Source: Waterburya sp. (lineage in GTDB: Bacteria; Cyanobacteriota; Cyanobacteriia; Cyanobacteriales; Xenococcaceae). Taken from it: 64,000 nucleotides of DNA. Below, piece after piece: positions 11,018 to 22,011 of the stretch (the stretch's first letter is position 1; each line of letters starts with the position of its first letter). Below the pieces are notes generated by a model. That model saw only the letters and a list, made by a program, of their open reading frames with translations. It ran no database searches and had not been told where the DNA came from. The translations under genes and the position numbers were made by a program. Location of the stretch: contig CBDCJV010000002.1 of NCBI GenBank assembly GCA_965217895.1, forward strand, positions 4,672,001 to 4,736,000. The letters run 5' to 3'.

Positions 11018-11126
11018 TTATTTTAGTATTAAGTCAGAATGCTCAATATTTACAGAAACAAGACTGATAAAAACATATATAATATTCGAGCTAAACTAAA
11101 AATCTTTCTAAATTACGACGCTTTAT

Positions 11127-13193
11127 ATGGAAAGTTCATCTAGCGCGCTTTTGACTTCAGAAGTCGAATTGCTGATATTATTGCTTATCGCCTGTTTAGG
11201 AGCCGTTACTTTTGAAAAATTTAATATTCCCTATACAGTTGGCTTAGTCCTAGTTGGTTTGGGGTTAGGATTTCTCACTCCTCTGCTTTTTGCTGTCGAT
11301 CCTTTGAGTTCTCTAACTCTATCTCCGAATGTAATTCTATATGTTTTTGTTCCACCATTAATCTTTGAATCGTCAATCAATCTCGATAATCAGCTTCTTT
11401 TCGAGACACTAACTCCTTCACTGATTTTAGCTGGATTGGGACTCCTGGTTTCGGCAGCCGTTGTCGGTGGCTTCATGGTTTGGCTGACACCTTTGTCTCT
11501 GAGCGGTGCTTTCGTTTTTGGATCTTTGATTTCTGCCACAGATCCAGTGGCGGTAATTGCCCTGTTCAAAGAACTGGGCGTTCCCAAGCGTTTAACGATG
11601 GTGGTAGAAGGGGAAAGTATGCTCAATGATGCTACGGCGATCGTTCTCTTTGATGTAGTCATGGCGATAATTGCTAGTGGTACGGTTGGTGTAGCAACTC
11701 TTGGAGATGCTTCAGTTAACGTTTTTGTGGTGTTGTTCGGCGGGATTTTGGTCGGCGTAGTTGTTGCTGTAATTATTTTTGGTTACTCCATTAACTTAGC
11801 CAAAAATAATGCACTGATTCAAACTACTGTAAGTATTATTATTGCCTACGCAGCTTTTATGGTTGCCCAACGTTATCTGCAATGGTCTGGAGTGATTGCA
11901 GTGATGTCAGCGGGATTGGTGGTTGGTTGGTATCTTAACCATAAAGTCAATGTAGAGGTAAGAACATATCTGCGGGAGTTTTGGGACTATGGAGCTTTTA
12001 TTGCCAATAGCCTCATCTTTTTGCTAGTGGGGCTGACAACTAGTGACTTTATTATCCGACTTGGTACTGAAAGTCCAAGATTTTGGATTGCTATTGGCTG
12101 GGCAATTATCGCCACGCTTATAGCCCGTGCAGTTGCAGTTTTTAGTTTAATACCGTTTTCCAACTGGTTACAAAAGTCCGAGCCATTTGGCTGGCGTTAT
12201 CAGATGGTAACTTTTTGGGGTGGACTACGAGGAGCGGTTGCTTTAGCCTTGGCACTGAGCCTCGATCGCTCGTTTCCTAACCGAGACTTAATTATCGCTA
12301 TGACTCTAGGGGTAGCATTATTTACTATTTTGGTTGCTGGTACGACTACAGGAAAACTAATTAGCTGGCTCAAAATAGATGAACCGCCAGTTTTAGAGCG
12401 ATTAGGAAAAGCTCAGGCGATTATTCTAGCAAAACGCGAAGCCCTAAAATTACTGCATAAGCTAGGTTTAATGGGATTGTTTGATAGCGAGGTTATTGTA
12501 GGAATAGAAGAAGATTATCAGCGGGTTCTAAATACCGCCGAAGCTGATGTCACTGAGATTTGGGAGGAACTAAAACTCGATCCGGGCATGGCGCGTCAGA
12601 TTTTATGGTTACAAATACTCAGAATCGAACATCAGGCTCATGTCGATTTATATGATCGCGGGCTTTTGTTAGAAAGTGCGATGCGCAAGCTAGAACTTAT
12701 GGTAGAGGCTAAGCGAGATAGCGTTTTAAATCGTCAGATCCCGCCTCCAGTACCAGCCTTGTGGTCGTTAGAAACTCCTTTAGAAAAGCTGATTTTCAAA
12801 CAACTACGGCATTTTTTCCGTCACCATCAGTTTTTTGGACAACGCCGTGGACACGTAGCAGCAATTCGTTACGAATACGATGCCGTAACTGCATATGTAA
12901 GCCAAAAAATTGTCAAACAGGTAAAACAATTGGTTAAGGCAAATGCAGTCGAATTAGCAGTAGCTCAAGACTGCATTATGTTTTATCAGCAAACAAGCCA
13001 AAGCGCGTTAAAGCGGGTAAAAGCAATGGGAACTAGCCGACATGAACTGGCGATCGCTCTTCAAAAAGAGGTAGCGACTCATGCTGCTCGAACCAGTGAG
13101 GGAGAGGTAATTGAACAGCTTGTAGCCGAAGGCGTAATTCCCCAAAATGCCCTAGATCGAATTCAAGATTTAATTGCCAAGGAAAATATCTAG
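11127..13193 (+). CDS. CPA1-family Na+/H+ antiporter with long C-terminal tail
   Basis: ISATDPVAV, GESMLNDA and GGLRGAVALALAL motifs; many TM helices. Confidence 0.92.
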   Translation: MESSSSALLTSEVELLILLLIACLGAVTFEKFNIPYTVGLVLVGLGLGFLTPLLFAVDPLSSLTLSPNVILYVFVPPLIFESSINLDNQLLFETLTPSLILAGLGLLVSAAVVGGFMVWLTPLSLSGAFVFGSLISATDPVAVIALFKELGVPKRLTMVVEGESMLNDATAIVLFDVVMAIIASGTVGVATLGDASVNVFVVLFGGILVGVVVAVIIFGYSINLAKNNALIQTTVSIIIAYAAFMVAQRYLQWSGVIAVMSAGLVVGWYLNHKVNVEVRTYLREFWDYGAFIANSLIFLLVGLTTSDFIIRLGTESPRFWIAIGWAIIATLIARAVAVFSLIPFSNWLQKSEPFGWRYQMVTFWGGLRGAVALALALSLDRSFPNRDLIIAMTLGVALFTILVAGTTTGKLISWLKIDEPPVLERLGKAQAIILAKREALKLLHKLGLMGLFDSEVIVGIEEDYQRVLNTAEADVTEIWEELKLDPGMARQILWLQILRIEHQAHVDLYDRGLLLESAMRKLELMVEAKRDSVLNRQIPPPVPALWSLETPLEKLIFKQLRHFFRHHQFFGQRRGHVAAIRYEYDAVTAYVSQKIVKQVKQLVKANAVELAVAQDCIMFYQQTSQSALKRVKAMGTSRHELAIALQKEVATHAARTSEGEVIEQLVAEGVIPQNALDRIQDLIAKENI

Positions 13194-13200
13194 GATTAGG

Positions 13201-15465
13201 TCAAGAAGCTGTATAAACAAATACAGGTACTCGCTTAAAAGCAGGAGTTCCACAGCGGGACTCCACAGGGGCATTAAAAATCACGTTAACTTCAGGGTAG
13301 AACATCAAAGCAGCACCTTGACGCACTTCACCATAGATAATCTCAATATTGTCCAACTGACTAGCGTTTCCTTTCACAGTTACCCGCTGGTGTTCTTGTA
13401 AACCAGCACTTTCTGCATCGGCACGATTCATTAAAATACAGTGTCGGTGAGTTATTCCCCGATACTTGTCCTCAGTTTTATAAACCACCGTGTTGTGTTG
13501 AGAATAACTTCTTCCCGTCATTAATGCTACGACGATACCATGAGTATGACTGGTCACATCAAAGTCTTGAGCTTGGGGAAGAGATAATTGAGGCAAAGTC
13601 GTAACAAACATCATCGCCTTGCCAGAGGGAGTAGGAAAATGAGGCTGCTCAAAAATTCGTCCGCCAATGGTAAACTCTTCTTTTGTTTCGTCAATTTCGC
13701 CTATTTTCTCGTAGCCAGGAATGGTTTGCGAGATTAACTGTCTTACATACTTAGTATCTTGAAGTTTGCGCCAGTCGATCGGGTTTTCTCCATGCAGACG
13801 ATGGGCAAGTTCGGTTAGAAAATCTACTTCAGCAATTAAATCAGAATCTTGGAGATGGGTTTGACCTTCATCGTTAAGACGCACAAAGTTATTACCAGAC
13901 TCTACCGTAGTTTTATGGGGATTTTCAAAGCGATTAAGAACGGGAATGACAATTGTTTGTTGTGCTAAACCGTGAAAATGACCTAAATTGGGCTTGGTAG
14001 CTACATAAATAATTGTTTTGATTTTGCCCAACGCCCGCTTGACTTTGTTGCTATCTGGATTTGCTCCGTATAAATTACCACCGAGACAAATCAGCGTGTC
14101 TACTTTTCCCGCATCTGCTGCTTCAATCAAAGCCTGAGTGTCGTATCCTGGCTCCTGACTAAGAGAACGACCAAAAAGTTTTTCTAAAGACTGTTGAATT
14201 TCTTTTTTGAGCCTAACTGTCACGCCCATCGAACCAAAGCCCTGAACATTAGAATGCCCCCGCACAGGCATCAATCCAGCCCCAAACTTACCCACGTTTC
14301 CAGTAAGCAAAGCAGTGTTGGCAATACTGCTTACATTATCGACACCGTTTTGCTGTTGCGTAATTCCCATCGCCCAAGCAAAGACGACTTTTGGTGATGA
14401 ACCAATAATTTGAGCAGCAGCTTCAATTTCTGCCTGAGAAACGCCACAGGTTTCGGTAATTGTCTCCCAGGGCGTAGAATTAGCATAAGATACAACTTCT
14501 GCCCAATTTTCAGCGTGTGCATGTAAAAATTCTCGGTCAATTTTTCCCTGTTCGATTAAAGATTTTTGAATACCCACAAAGAGAGCGACATCACTTCCAG
14601 GAATGGGCTGAAGATAAATAGAAGCAATATCTGAACCTGCTAACAAAGATTTTATAAATGCAGGAGAAGCAAACTTAACTAATCCTCTTTCTTTAACTGG
14701 ATTAATAACGACAACTTTTCCACCACGTTTTCGTAGCTTAATCAATTCATTCATCAGACGAGGATGGTTATAGGAAGCGTTAGAACCCGCCAGCACAACA
14801 CAATCGGTTTCTTTTAAGCCCTTTAGACTAACCATTGATGTACCTGTGCCAAAGATCTGTTTGAGTCCAAAAGTCGAGGGTGCATGACAAAGATCGGAAC
14901 AGTCTGCCAAGTTATTAGAACCCAAAGCACGCATCATTAGCTGTAATAAAAAGGCTGCTTCGTTAGAAGAACGACCCGAACTATATGATGCTACCTTTTC
15001 TGGTGTAGCCTTAAAAGCGGTTTCTGCCAGTTGATAAATTTCATCCCAGCTAATTTTTTGATAGTGAGTACTGCCTTGAGAGAGAATTACAGGAAAACCC
15101 CATCTGCCTAGCTTATCTGCTTCTAAAGATGTAAGCTGCTGAAGTTGCTTTATGCTTTGAGTGTCAAAGAAATTAGTCTTAATTGCTGGCTGAATTTCGG
15201 CAGATATAGCCTCAACGCTTTTCATACAGCGTTGTAACTTCTCTCCTTCCTCATTGGTAAATCCTCCTTTTTGTCCCCCTGTTCCCCAAGAACATGATAA
15301 GCAAGCACTTTTATGTAATAAGGTTTTCCAAAGCTTTATGCCTTCTGGGGACAGCGTATGTTCAGCCCAGTATTCGATTACTGGCAAGCCTCCTCCCGCA
15401 TCGGGTAAGTTTTTGTCCTCTGAATCCAATGCTGAAGTGCTTTGATGCTGCTCATTCTCTTCCAC
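13201..15465 (-). CDS. FdhF/YdeP-family molybdopterin oxidoreductase
   Basis: SSGRSSNEAAF, NNLADCSDLCH, PVRGHSNVQG and TGRSYSQHNT motifs. Confidence 0.9.
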   Translation of the reverse strand: MEENEQHQSTSALDSEDKNLPDAGGGLPVIEYWAEHTLSPEGIKLWKTLLHKSACLSCSWGTGGQKGGFTNEEGEKLQRCMKSVEAISAEIQPAIKTNFFDTQSIKQLQQLTSLEADKLGRWGFPVILSQGSTHYQKISWDEIYQLAETAFKATPEKVASYSSGRSSNEAAFLLQLMMRALGSNNLADCSDLCHAPSTFGLKQIFGTGTSMVSLKGLKETDCVVLAGSNASYNHPRLMNELIKLRKRGGKVVVINPVKERGLVKFASPAFIKSLLAGSDIASIYLQPIPGSDVALFVGIQKSLIEQGKIDREFLHAHAENWAEVVSYANSTPWETITETCGVSQAEIEAAAQIIGSSPKVVFAWAMGITQQQNGVDNVSSIANTALLTGNVGKFGAGLMPVRGHSNVQGFGSMGVTVRLKKEIQQSLEKLFGRSLSQEPGYDTQALIEAADAGKVDTLICLGGNLYGANPDSNKVKRALGKIKTIIYVATKPNLGHFHGLAQQTIVIPVLNRFENPHKTTVESGNNFVRLNDEGQTHLQDSDLIAEVDFLTELAHRLHGENPIDWRKLQDTKYVRQLISQTIPGYEKIGEIDETKEEFTIGGRIFEQPHFPTPSGKAMMFVTTLPQLSLPQAQDFDVTSHTHGIVVALMTGRSYSQHNTVVYKTEDKYRGITHRHCILMNRADAESAGLQEHQRVTVKGNASQLDNIEIIYGEVRQGAALMFYPEVNVIFNAPVESRCGTPAFKRVPVFVYTAS

Positions 15466-15665
15466 GCTGCTTGCCTCTTTATTGATAAATATTCAGTATG
15501 GGAAGGAATGTAGATATCTCAACCCAGACTTTCTGACTCATTTCATTAATTTTAGGCAATTAATTTGAGGTTTATCAATATTAAGTTTAATTATAGCGAT
15601 CGCCTTGACTATAAATCCCGAATAACATTTTTAGAAAAAGTATTAATTTTTGCATTAATTAGCTT

Positions 15666-16457
15666 CTAAAGTTCATATCCTCTCATCCAAAATACTGATA
15701 TTAACAAAAACAGCACAGTCAAAATAATCGTCACGCCCATCGCCATCCAAGCTTGATTGGGAAATTGACCTACCAAAGTTGCTGTAGCATCATTTTGTAA
15801 TGCCCATACGGTATAAGGCTTAATCTGCTGTAATTGAGGATTAAAATTTAAACCCGCACCGCCAAAAACAACAAAAAGTGCGATCGCGCTGACGGCTCTA
15901 ATTTGATTAAAAATAACCCCTAGCATCAGGGTCAATGCCAAAGTAAACAGCATCACTAGGTAAACCATCAAGACACTTATAAGGTAATTAAATAGAGAGA
16001 TCTGTGCAGGTAATCCAACTACAAGTGCTGCAATATACATAAAGATGCCAGGCACTCCCAAAGCAATTACACCAATGAAAACTGAATAAGCTGCAAATTT
16101 CCCTAGGATAAATCCAGCAGTTGACAAGGGCTTAGAATAGATCCACAGCAGAGTTTGGGTTAGCTTTTCCTCAATAATTGCGCCTTGAGTCAAAATGATT
16201 GTGCCGATAGGTATCAAAGTACTGCCCAGCCAGAGAAACAAAGTTAAAAATGAAATTCCGCGATCGCCTGCATTACTTGGGGTCATCCAAATTGCGGGCA
16301 AAGCTGTAAGTGACATCCAAATAATGAGTTGAGAGATCCAGCGACGAGGGTTAAACCAGTAAGCAATTTCTTTGTGATAGATAGGGCGAAAACCCCGTAA
16401 CCAACTCCGAGAAACACGCTGCAATTGTGATTCGTCAACAAGATTTTGACTGCTCAT
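15666..16457 (-). CDS. ABC-2 type transporter permease
   Basis: About six TM helices, IIEEK..TL..IYSKP motif; coupled to the ATPase gene. Confidence 0.85.
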   Translation of the reverse strand: MSSQNLVDESQLQRVSRSWLRGFRPIYHKEIAYWFNPRRWISQLIIWMSLTALPAIWMTPSNAGDRGISFLTLFLWLGSTLIPIGTIILTQGAIIEEKLTQTLLWIYSKPLSTAGFILGKFAAYSVFIGVIALGVPGIFMYIAALVVGLPAQISLFNYLISVLMVYLVMLFTLALTLMLGVIFNQIRAVSAIALFVVFGGAGLNFNPQLQQIKPYTVWALQNDATATLVGQFPNQAWMAMGVTIILTVLFLLISVFWMRGYEL

Positions 16458-16458
16458 A

Positions 16459-17427
16459 TTATGATTTTTGAATTAAATTTACAAAGACATCTTCAAGCTC
16501 ATAAGATGAGCGTTCAAATTGGGTCACAACAACTTGAGGATTTTCTAGTACAAGCCTCAGTAGTTCGCTTTGGGCAGCGTTTGGATTGTTAACCTGGATT
16601 TGTAATTTAGTAGTCTGAGTATTTTTTAGATCTGGCATCCCTGTCTCAACTGTAATCTTCTCGATCCAAGGTATTTGCTGCAAGCGATCTTGAACCGCCA
16701 ATCCGTCTCCGCATACCGTAACGCAAAACAAACTGTGATCGCCTGATAGCAGTTGCTCAATATTTCCTTGAGCTAGCAACTTGCCCTGTTCGAGAATCAC
16801 AACCATGTCGCTAACTCGTTGTACATCATCGAGAATATGAGTGGAGTAGAAAACTGTACTTTGTTGCCCAAAACTCTTGATAATTTGTAATACATCTCGT
16901 CGTCCTATTGGATCGAGTGCCGAGGCTGGTTCATCTAGAATTAGCAAGTCGGGATTATTAATCGCTGCTGTAGCAATACCCAGACGCTGACGTTCACCAC
17001 CCGAAAATTCCCGCACTGGACGATCTGCTTTTCCGCTTAAGCCAACCAGTTCGATCAGTTCCTCTATGCGAGCTTTAATTGCACTCTTCGATCTTGTGAA
17101 GAAAAATGAAGCGACAAACTGTAAAGTCTCGCGAGCAGTCAAATGTCCATAGAAGCGAAGTTCCTGTGGCAAAAAACCAACTCGCTCGCGAATCGCAATA
17201 CTATCTCGTACAATGCTTTTGCCAAAAATTGTCCCTACTCCCTCAGAAGGCTTCACAAGTCCGAGCAAAAGTTTGATTGTAGTACTTTTTCCTGCCCCGT
17301 TTGAGCCAAGAAAACCGCAGATAGAGCCTCGTGGCACAGCCAGATTCAACTTATTTACAACGTGCTTTTGACTATAAGTCTTAGTCAGATTTTTAGTAGA
17401 GATAATGAGATCGGACTCAATCGTCAT
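16459..17427 (-). CDS. ABC transporter ATP-binding protein
   Basis: Walker A GSNGAGKST, signature FSGGE, Walker B LILDE. Confidence 0.95.
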   Translation of the reverse strand: MTIESDLIISTKNLTKTYSQKHVVNKLNLAVPRGSICGFLGSNGAGKSTTIKLLLGLVKPSEGVGTIFGKSIVRDSIAIRERVGFLPQELRFYGHLTARETLQFVASFFFTRSKSAIKARIEELIELVGLSGKADRPVREFSGGERQRLGIATAAINNPDLLILDEPASALDPIGRRDVLQIIKSFGQQSTVFYSTHILDDVQRVSDMVVILEQGKLLAQGNIEQLLSGDHSLFCVTVCGDGLAVQDRLQQIPWIEKITVETGMPDLKNTQTTKLQIQVNNPNAAQSELLRLVLENPQVVVTQFERSSYELEDVFVNLIQKS

Positions 17428-17533
17428 AGCGCGATAAGCAGTGAGTATTTTCTATTGCATTTTAACCGCTCGATTTTATCTCATAATTCTTAGAAATAGG
17501 GCGATCGCTTAAAAACTAAAGATTTCCTAAAAA

Positions 17534-17968
17534 TTACTTTGCTTCTTTAGCTGGTGCTTGTTTCTTTTCCGTTTTAGCTGGCTGACCACCTTCCTGCTGT
17601 TTAATTATTTGCAAAATACCCGCATATTCTTTTTGCTCTGGATAATATTTAGCCAGTTTTTCTAAAGTAGGGATAGCCTTTTTAGGGTCTGTTTGCATAT
17701 AGATTTGAGCTAGTCCTTGGAGAGCGGTAACATTTTTAGGTTCTCGTTCTAATACTTTTTTGTACCCCTCAATCTGCATTTGCATTTGTTTTTCTGCCAA
17801 GGCAGGATCTTCGGTATTTTGTGTATTTGAAGCGGTAGAATTATTTTGACTAAAAACACTAGCTAAAGCGATCGCTAGGGTCGAACCAGCAAACCCTAAA
17901 CCCATTACCAAAGTTACAACACGCAGCAAAGTCTTACTTTTTTTCTCTTGCTTTTTTTTCTTCTCCAT
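17534..17968 (-). CDS. Membrane-anchored TPR protein
   Basis: N-terminal hydrophobic helix and TPR-like GYKKVLEREPKNVTALQGL. Confidence 0.8.
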   Translation of the reverse strand: MEKKKKQEKKSKTLLRVVTLVMGLGFAGSTLAIALASVFSQNNSTASNTQNTEDPALAEKQMQMQIEGYKKVLEREPKNVTALQGLAQIYMQTDPKKAIPTLEKLAKYYPEQKEYAGILQIIKQQEGGQPAKTEKKQAPAKEAK

Positions 17969-18038
17969 ATTTTCACCTGTAGAGACAATAACCTAATTAA
18001 TTCCTTATTCGTGATCCTTTCATGCTTTATCCTAAAGC

Positions 18039-18518
18039 TTATCTCCAGGTATGAAACGCCAGTACGCCTCCTGCAAATCCTAATAAACAGAAGATAGTTA
18101 AAATCAATGTACCAAGCCAACGATTGTATCCTGCCAACTGTAGATCTAGCTTAAATAATAAGGCTGCTGCTACAAATACTAAAAATCTGGCAAAGTAATC
18201 TACTCGCTGCACAATTAAAGCAAACGCGAATGCTCCCAGCAAAATTGACATAAAAGCTCTGGTGTCAGATTTTAACCAGCCATCAAGACTACTGGCGATC
18301 AAGGATATAGGGGAGATAAAAAGAACCACCAAAAATAAAATATTGACGATCGCCGCACCATAGATCAGGACAAGGTGAATGTCTTCAGTGAGCATACTCA
18401 GTATAGCTCCTCGCTCAAGCATCTTGTCGATCCATGAGCTATACATCCATCCTTCAACACCGTAAGTTAATAGTAATATTACTAGAGAAAGCTTAGGGAC
18501 TTTTTTTGACCAAGCCAT
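18039..18518 (-). CDS. Hypothetical membrane protein
   Basis: Multiple TM segments. Confidence 0.7.
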   Translation of the reverse strand: MAWSKKVPKLSLVILLLTYGVEGWMYSSWIDKMLERGAILSMLTEDIHLVLIYGAAIVNILFLVVLFISPISLIASSLDGWLKSDTRAFMSILLGAFAFALIVQRVDYFARFLVFVAAALLFKLDLQLAGYNRWLGTLILTIFCLLGFAGGVLAFHTWR

Positions 18519-18583
18519 TAAAAATAATTAAAGGTAATTGACAGTCGATCATCGTGCCGATAACACATTATAGTGCAACCACA

Positions 18584-18604
18584 CAATTACCAATTACCAA
18601 TTAC
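18584..18604. repeat. Heptamer short tandem repeat (CAATTAC x3)
   Basis: Read directly from the sequence; STRR-type. Confidence 0.7.
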
Positions 18605-18644
18605 CTATTTAGTATTAATTAACGCTAGATAAAAGTTAAGCAAA

Positions 18645-19130
18645 CTAAGCCATGCTTTGAATAATATAGTCAAAGTAAGGGCTGGCTTCTTGAGCGTCTT
18701 CTTTGCCTAAAAGATCGAGGGATGCCTTTTTTAGACAGCGAATAGCATCAATCATTCCAGGTACAGGGACTTCAAGAGAGTTGTACATTTCTCTAACTCC
18801 AATTAAACCAGACTTTTCAATCGGGCCTTTGTCTCCTGCCATCACACCATAGGTAACTAGGCGTAGATACCAGCCAAAATCTCTGAGACACTGGTTGTAT
18901 TGTTTTTGTCCAGAGGCATTACCACCTTGAGAACGATATTCAGGATGTAACTTAAAAAGCTCTTTTCCTGCCTGATCGACGATTTTCTTTTCGCTATTGG
19001 CTAAAGTTTCAGCGATACGGAAACGCTTTTCACCTGTAGTTAAAAAGTTTTTGATGCCTTCTAGCTCACCGCTACTGGGGTAGCGTAGTTCGTCATCTGC
19101 TTTTAAGATGACTTGACTAACTATGCTCAT
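18645..19130 (-). CDS. apcD: Allophycocyanin alpha-B subunit
   Basis: [20 protein letters not shown]-terminus and [15 protein letters not shown] chromophore site. Confidence 0.95.
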   Translation of the reverse strand: MSIVSQVILKADDELRYPSSGELEGIKNFLTTGEKRFRIAETLANSEKKIVDQAGKELFKLHPEYRSQGGNASGQKQYNQCLRDFGWYLRLVTYGVMAGDKGPIEKSGLIGVREMYNSLEVPVPGMIDAIRCLKKASLDLLGKEDAQEASPYFDYIIQSMA

Positions 19131-19216
19131 AATATCTGAATAGATTTAATTAACTTTAATATCTTTAGTATCTCAATAAAGAGAAATCATTGTTAGAAGG
19201 AAATGCTGGGATTTCC

Positions 19217-20014
19217 CTAGCTTATTTCGACTCCCGTGTTGGCAATAATATCTTGCCATTCCTTGGTAGACAAAGGTTGATTTACTATATTAATCTTAAA
19301 AGTTGCCTTTGCTGCCTCGGTTAAGTTATGTATTATTTTAACAGCAGAGCAGTTTTTTTGATGTCTGGTTGACCGATCTTCTGAAAATGGGAAAACCTCC
19401 AATAAATTTTCTGATAAAGGGCTGGTAAAGACCTGTTTGTATAGCTTGGGGTCTGTATTGAGGATCATTGAACCGTGCTGCAAAACGGTCTTACCACGAC
19501 GTAATTGCGCGCTACCAATTACCTTATTTCCTGTGGGCGTAACTAAATCTGAACCTGTCGCTGTAGCAAAACAGTTTTGTTGCTGAATGTATTCTTTAGT
19601 CGCCGTACCGTAATCTAAGTTTACACCAAGCGATCGCCAGCCAGCAATTAAAAACTCACAAATTTGTTGATATACTTCTAATCGTTTACCTGGAGGAATA
19701 GAAGTCACTACCATATAGGTTAAATCACCCTGGTGTAGCACTGCCCTACCGCCCGTGGGACGACGGACAATATCTAGAGATTTTCCTTGCCAGGTCAAAT
19801 CATTCCATCTACTAGGATAATCTTTTTGGTGATAACCCAAAGAAATAGCAGCAGGCTGCCAAGTATAAAAGCGCAACACTCCATTGTAAAAAGTGTTGCC
19901 ACAAATTGAAGAGTCATATTTTCTGGCGCGATGTTGTTCGAGCAAATAGCGATCGATTGCCATCTGCACTTCTCCAGACGCAACCACAGGAGGTATAAAA
20001 CGCCAAGTGTTCAT
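19217..20014 (-). CDS. Lipoate-protein ligase A family protein
   Basis: VRRPTGGRAVLH and KVIGSAQ motifs. Confidence 0.9.
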   Translation of the reverse strand: MNTWRFIPPVVASGEVQMAIDRYLLEQHRARKYDSSICGNTFYNGVLRFYTWQPAAISLGYHQKDYPSRWNDLTWQGKSLDIVRRPTGGRAVLHQGDLTYMVVTSIPPGKRLEVYQQICEFLIAGWRSLGVNLDYGTATKEYIQQQNCFATATGSDLVTPTGNKVIGSAQLRRGKTVLQHGSMILNTDPKLYKQVFTSPLSENLLEVFPFSEDRSTRHQKNCSAVKIIHNLTEAAKATFKINIVNQPLSTKEWQDIIANTGVEIS

Positions 20015-20042
20015 ACAAGTCTAGTATGCTTGGTAAAGAAAA

Positions 20043-20519
20043 CTATGAACCACCAAATTCTTCTTTGAGGATTTCGTCATTGTCATCGGCAATATTAGCA
20101 ACAAGGGTAACTAAACGGGAAATCTCTCCAGGATACATATCCGCAACCGTACGTTGAGCCGAAGCCATGACCTTATTATCATGAATACTAAAGCAAGTTT
20201 CAAAAGTACCTGTCCAGTTCATTTCTAAAAGACGACGCATCAATCCAGGCTCATCTTTAGCGGGTAACTTTAGCAAACTAGACCAAACGGTTAAAAGGTC
20301 TTCATCGCTTTCTCCTGTAAGCTGAACAAAAACCTCTACACTGCCGTAATTAAATTTCCACAGGCTTCCTTCGGCAGTATGATTTACCATTGCTGTATTG
20401 TCTTGATCGAGGCTAGAAATTACAGTTTCGATAACTTCTTTATGACTAGATTTTTCTTCCATCAAATCATTCACAGCCTTGGCGGTGTCTACTTCTAAAT
20501 TGGAAATTTGCTCGATCAT
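20043..20519 (-). CDS. YbjN-domain protein
   Basis: WKFNYGSVEVFVQLTG and LLEMNW motifs typical of cyanobacterial YbjN-like proteins. Confidence 0.75.
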   Translation of the reverse strand: MIEQISNLEVDTAKAVNDLMEEKSSHKEVIETVISSLDQDNTAMVNHTAEGSLWKFNYGSVEVFVQLTGESDEDLLTVWSSLLKLPAKDEPGLMRRLLEMNWTGTFETCFSIHDNKVMASAQRTVADMYPGEISRLVTLVANIADDNDEILKEEFGGS

Positions 20520-20854
20520 GATAGCTTTCCTAATATTTAAATTAATGCCGACATCGTGAATTTAGCATCAAGTGTTGATAATTGCTAATTTTGGATTTCT
20601 TTATGGCAATGAAATGTAGTAATACCTCCCATTGTACTCATATTTATATCAAGCGTATAATAAGAAGTCTGATTCTATAGATAGATGTTTACTTAGTACC
20701 TTAGCAATAATGCTAGATTAAGAAGTATAAATGCTTAGTTGCACTAAACTTTAACTAAAGAGCCACTTTTTTACAGCTAGAGGTTAAGCAATTACTGCAA
20801 CTGGATAGATAGTCGTGGCATAATACAAATTTAAATTGAAATAAGAGGACTCAT

Positions 20855-21079
20855 ATGAGCGATATACAAGAACAAATACAAAGAGAAAGAGAATCTGCCA
20901 GGGCAGTCTGTAGCACCGAAGGAGATACTTCAGGAGAATGTGCTGCTGCCTGGGATACAGTAGAAGAGCTATCGGCAGAAGCATCCCACAGAAAGCAAAA
21001 AGTTCCCCAAAAAAGCTCTCTAGAGCAGTATTGTGATGATAACCCTGATGCTTTAGAATGCCGAGTCTATGAAGACTAG
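20855..21079 (+). CDS. cp12: Calvin-cycle regulator CP12
   Basis: AWDTVEEL motif and two Cys pairs. Confidence 0.95.
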   Translation: MSDIQEQIQRERESARAVCSTEGDTSGECAAAWDTVEELSAEASHRKQKVPQKSSLEQYCDDNPDALECRVYED

Positions 21080-21327
21080 TAATATAGTCTACTTTGGGTC
21101 AACGTTATAGTCTAAGGTTGAATAATTATTAATTAAATTGGGTGAGAATACGATCTATTCTCATCCTTATTTTTGGCTGTATACCTGAATTACAAAAAGC
21201 AAGATTGTTCCTCTGTAAGGTAACGTTGACTTTGAGCGATTGTTGATGCACTCTTAGAAATAATCTGGAGTTGTTTAAAGCTCAGGCGCAAATAAATAGT
21301 AATAGACACACTTTCGGCAGAACAATA

Positions 21328-21921
21328 ATGGATATTTGGTTTAGACCTTTAGTATGGATGGACTATCGCTTAGGAGTATTACTGGCGGTAATTGTTCCTT
21401 TTGTGCTGTTAATTTGGGCTTTGTTTCAGAAACAAGAAGCCATGCAAAGATTACTGATTATCTATTGGCGAGTTGCCAGCTTGTTAATGATTACAGTTTA
21501 TCTATTAATTCCTGGTTGGAAAATTGGCTTTATCAGTGGTTTTGCTGCCCGTGTTTTAATCCCTATTTCTTTGTGGTTTTGGGTAGATTTAAATGAAGAA
21601 ATTCGCGACATACCCCAAAGTCTCCTCAAGCTAGTCTTCACTTCCTGGCGTTGGGCAATGACTGGCTATTGTGTTTTAGGTGCGATCGCCAAAGCTTTCT
21701 TTCTCCCCTGTGGTATATCTGATACTAGAATGAAGACTTCTTTCTGCCAAGTTTGGTTGGAAGCACCTCAAGCCTATCGCGACTTTTTTCATACTAAGTC
21801 GGGAAACGAAGGTTTCCTAGGCTTTTTGGGCGCAGTTGGTTTAGTAATTTATATTATTTATTTAGTCTATTTTGTGCTGATTCGTTTAGGTAAACAGGGA
21901 CGATCTGCGCTGGAACAGTAG
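21328..21921 (+). CDS. DUF3177-family membrane protein
   Basis: LVWMDYRL and IYWRVASLL motifs; the ATG at 21328 is preferred over the TTG at 21271. Confidence 0.8.
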   Translation: MDIWFRPLVWMDYRLGVLLAVIVPFVLLIWALFQKQEAMQRLLIIYWRVASLLMITVYLLIPGWKIGFISGFAARVLIPISLWFWVDLNEEIRDIPQSLLKLVFTSWRWAMTGYCVLGAIAKAFFLPCGISDTRMKTSFCQVWLEAPQAYRDFFHTKSGNEGFLGFLGAVGLVIYIIYLVYFVLIRLGKQGRSALEQ

Positions 21922-21969
21922 AATTATAACAATCAAGATTATTTTAGAATCTACAAAAATTTATCTTAG

Positions 21970-22004
21970 GCTAAAAGCTAAAAGCTAAAAGCTAAAAGCT
22001 AAAA
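21970..22004. repeat. Heptamer tandem repeat (GCTAAAA x5)
   Basis: Read directly from the sequence. Confidence 0.9.
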
Positions 22005-22011
22005 AAAGTTT

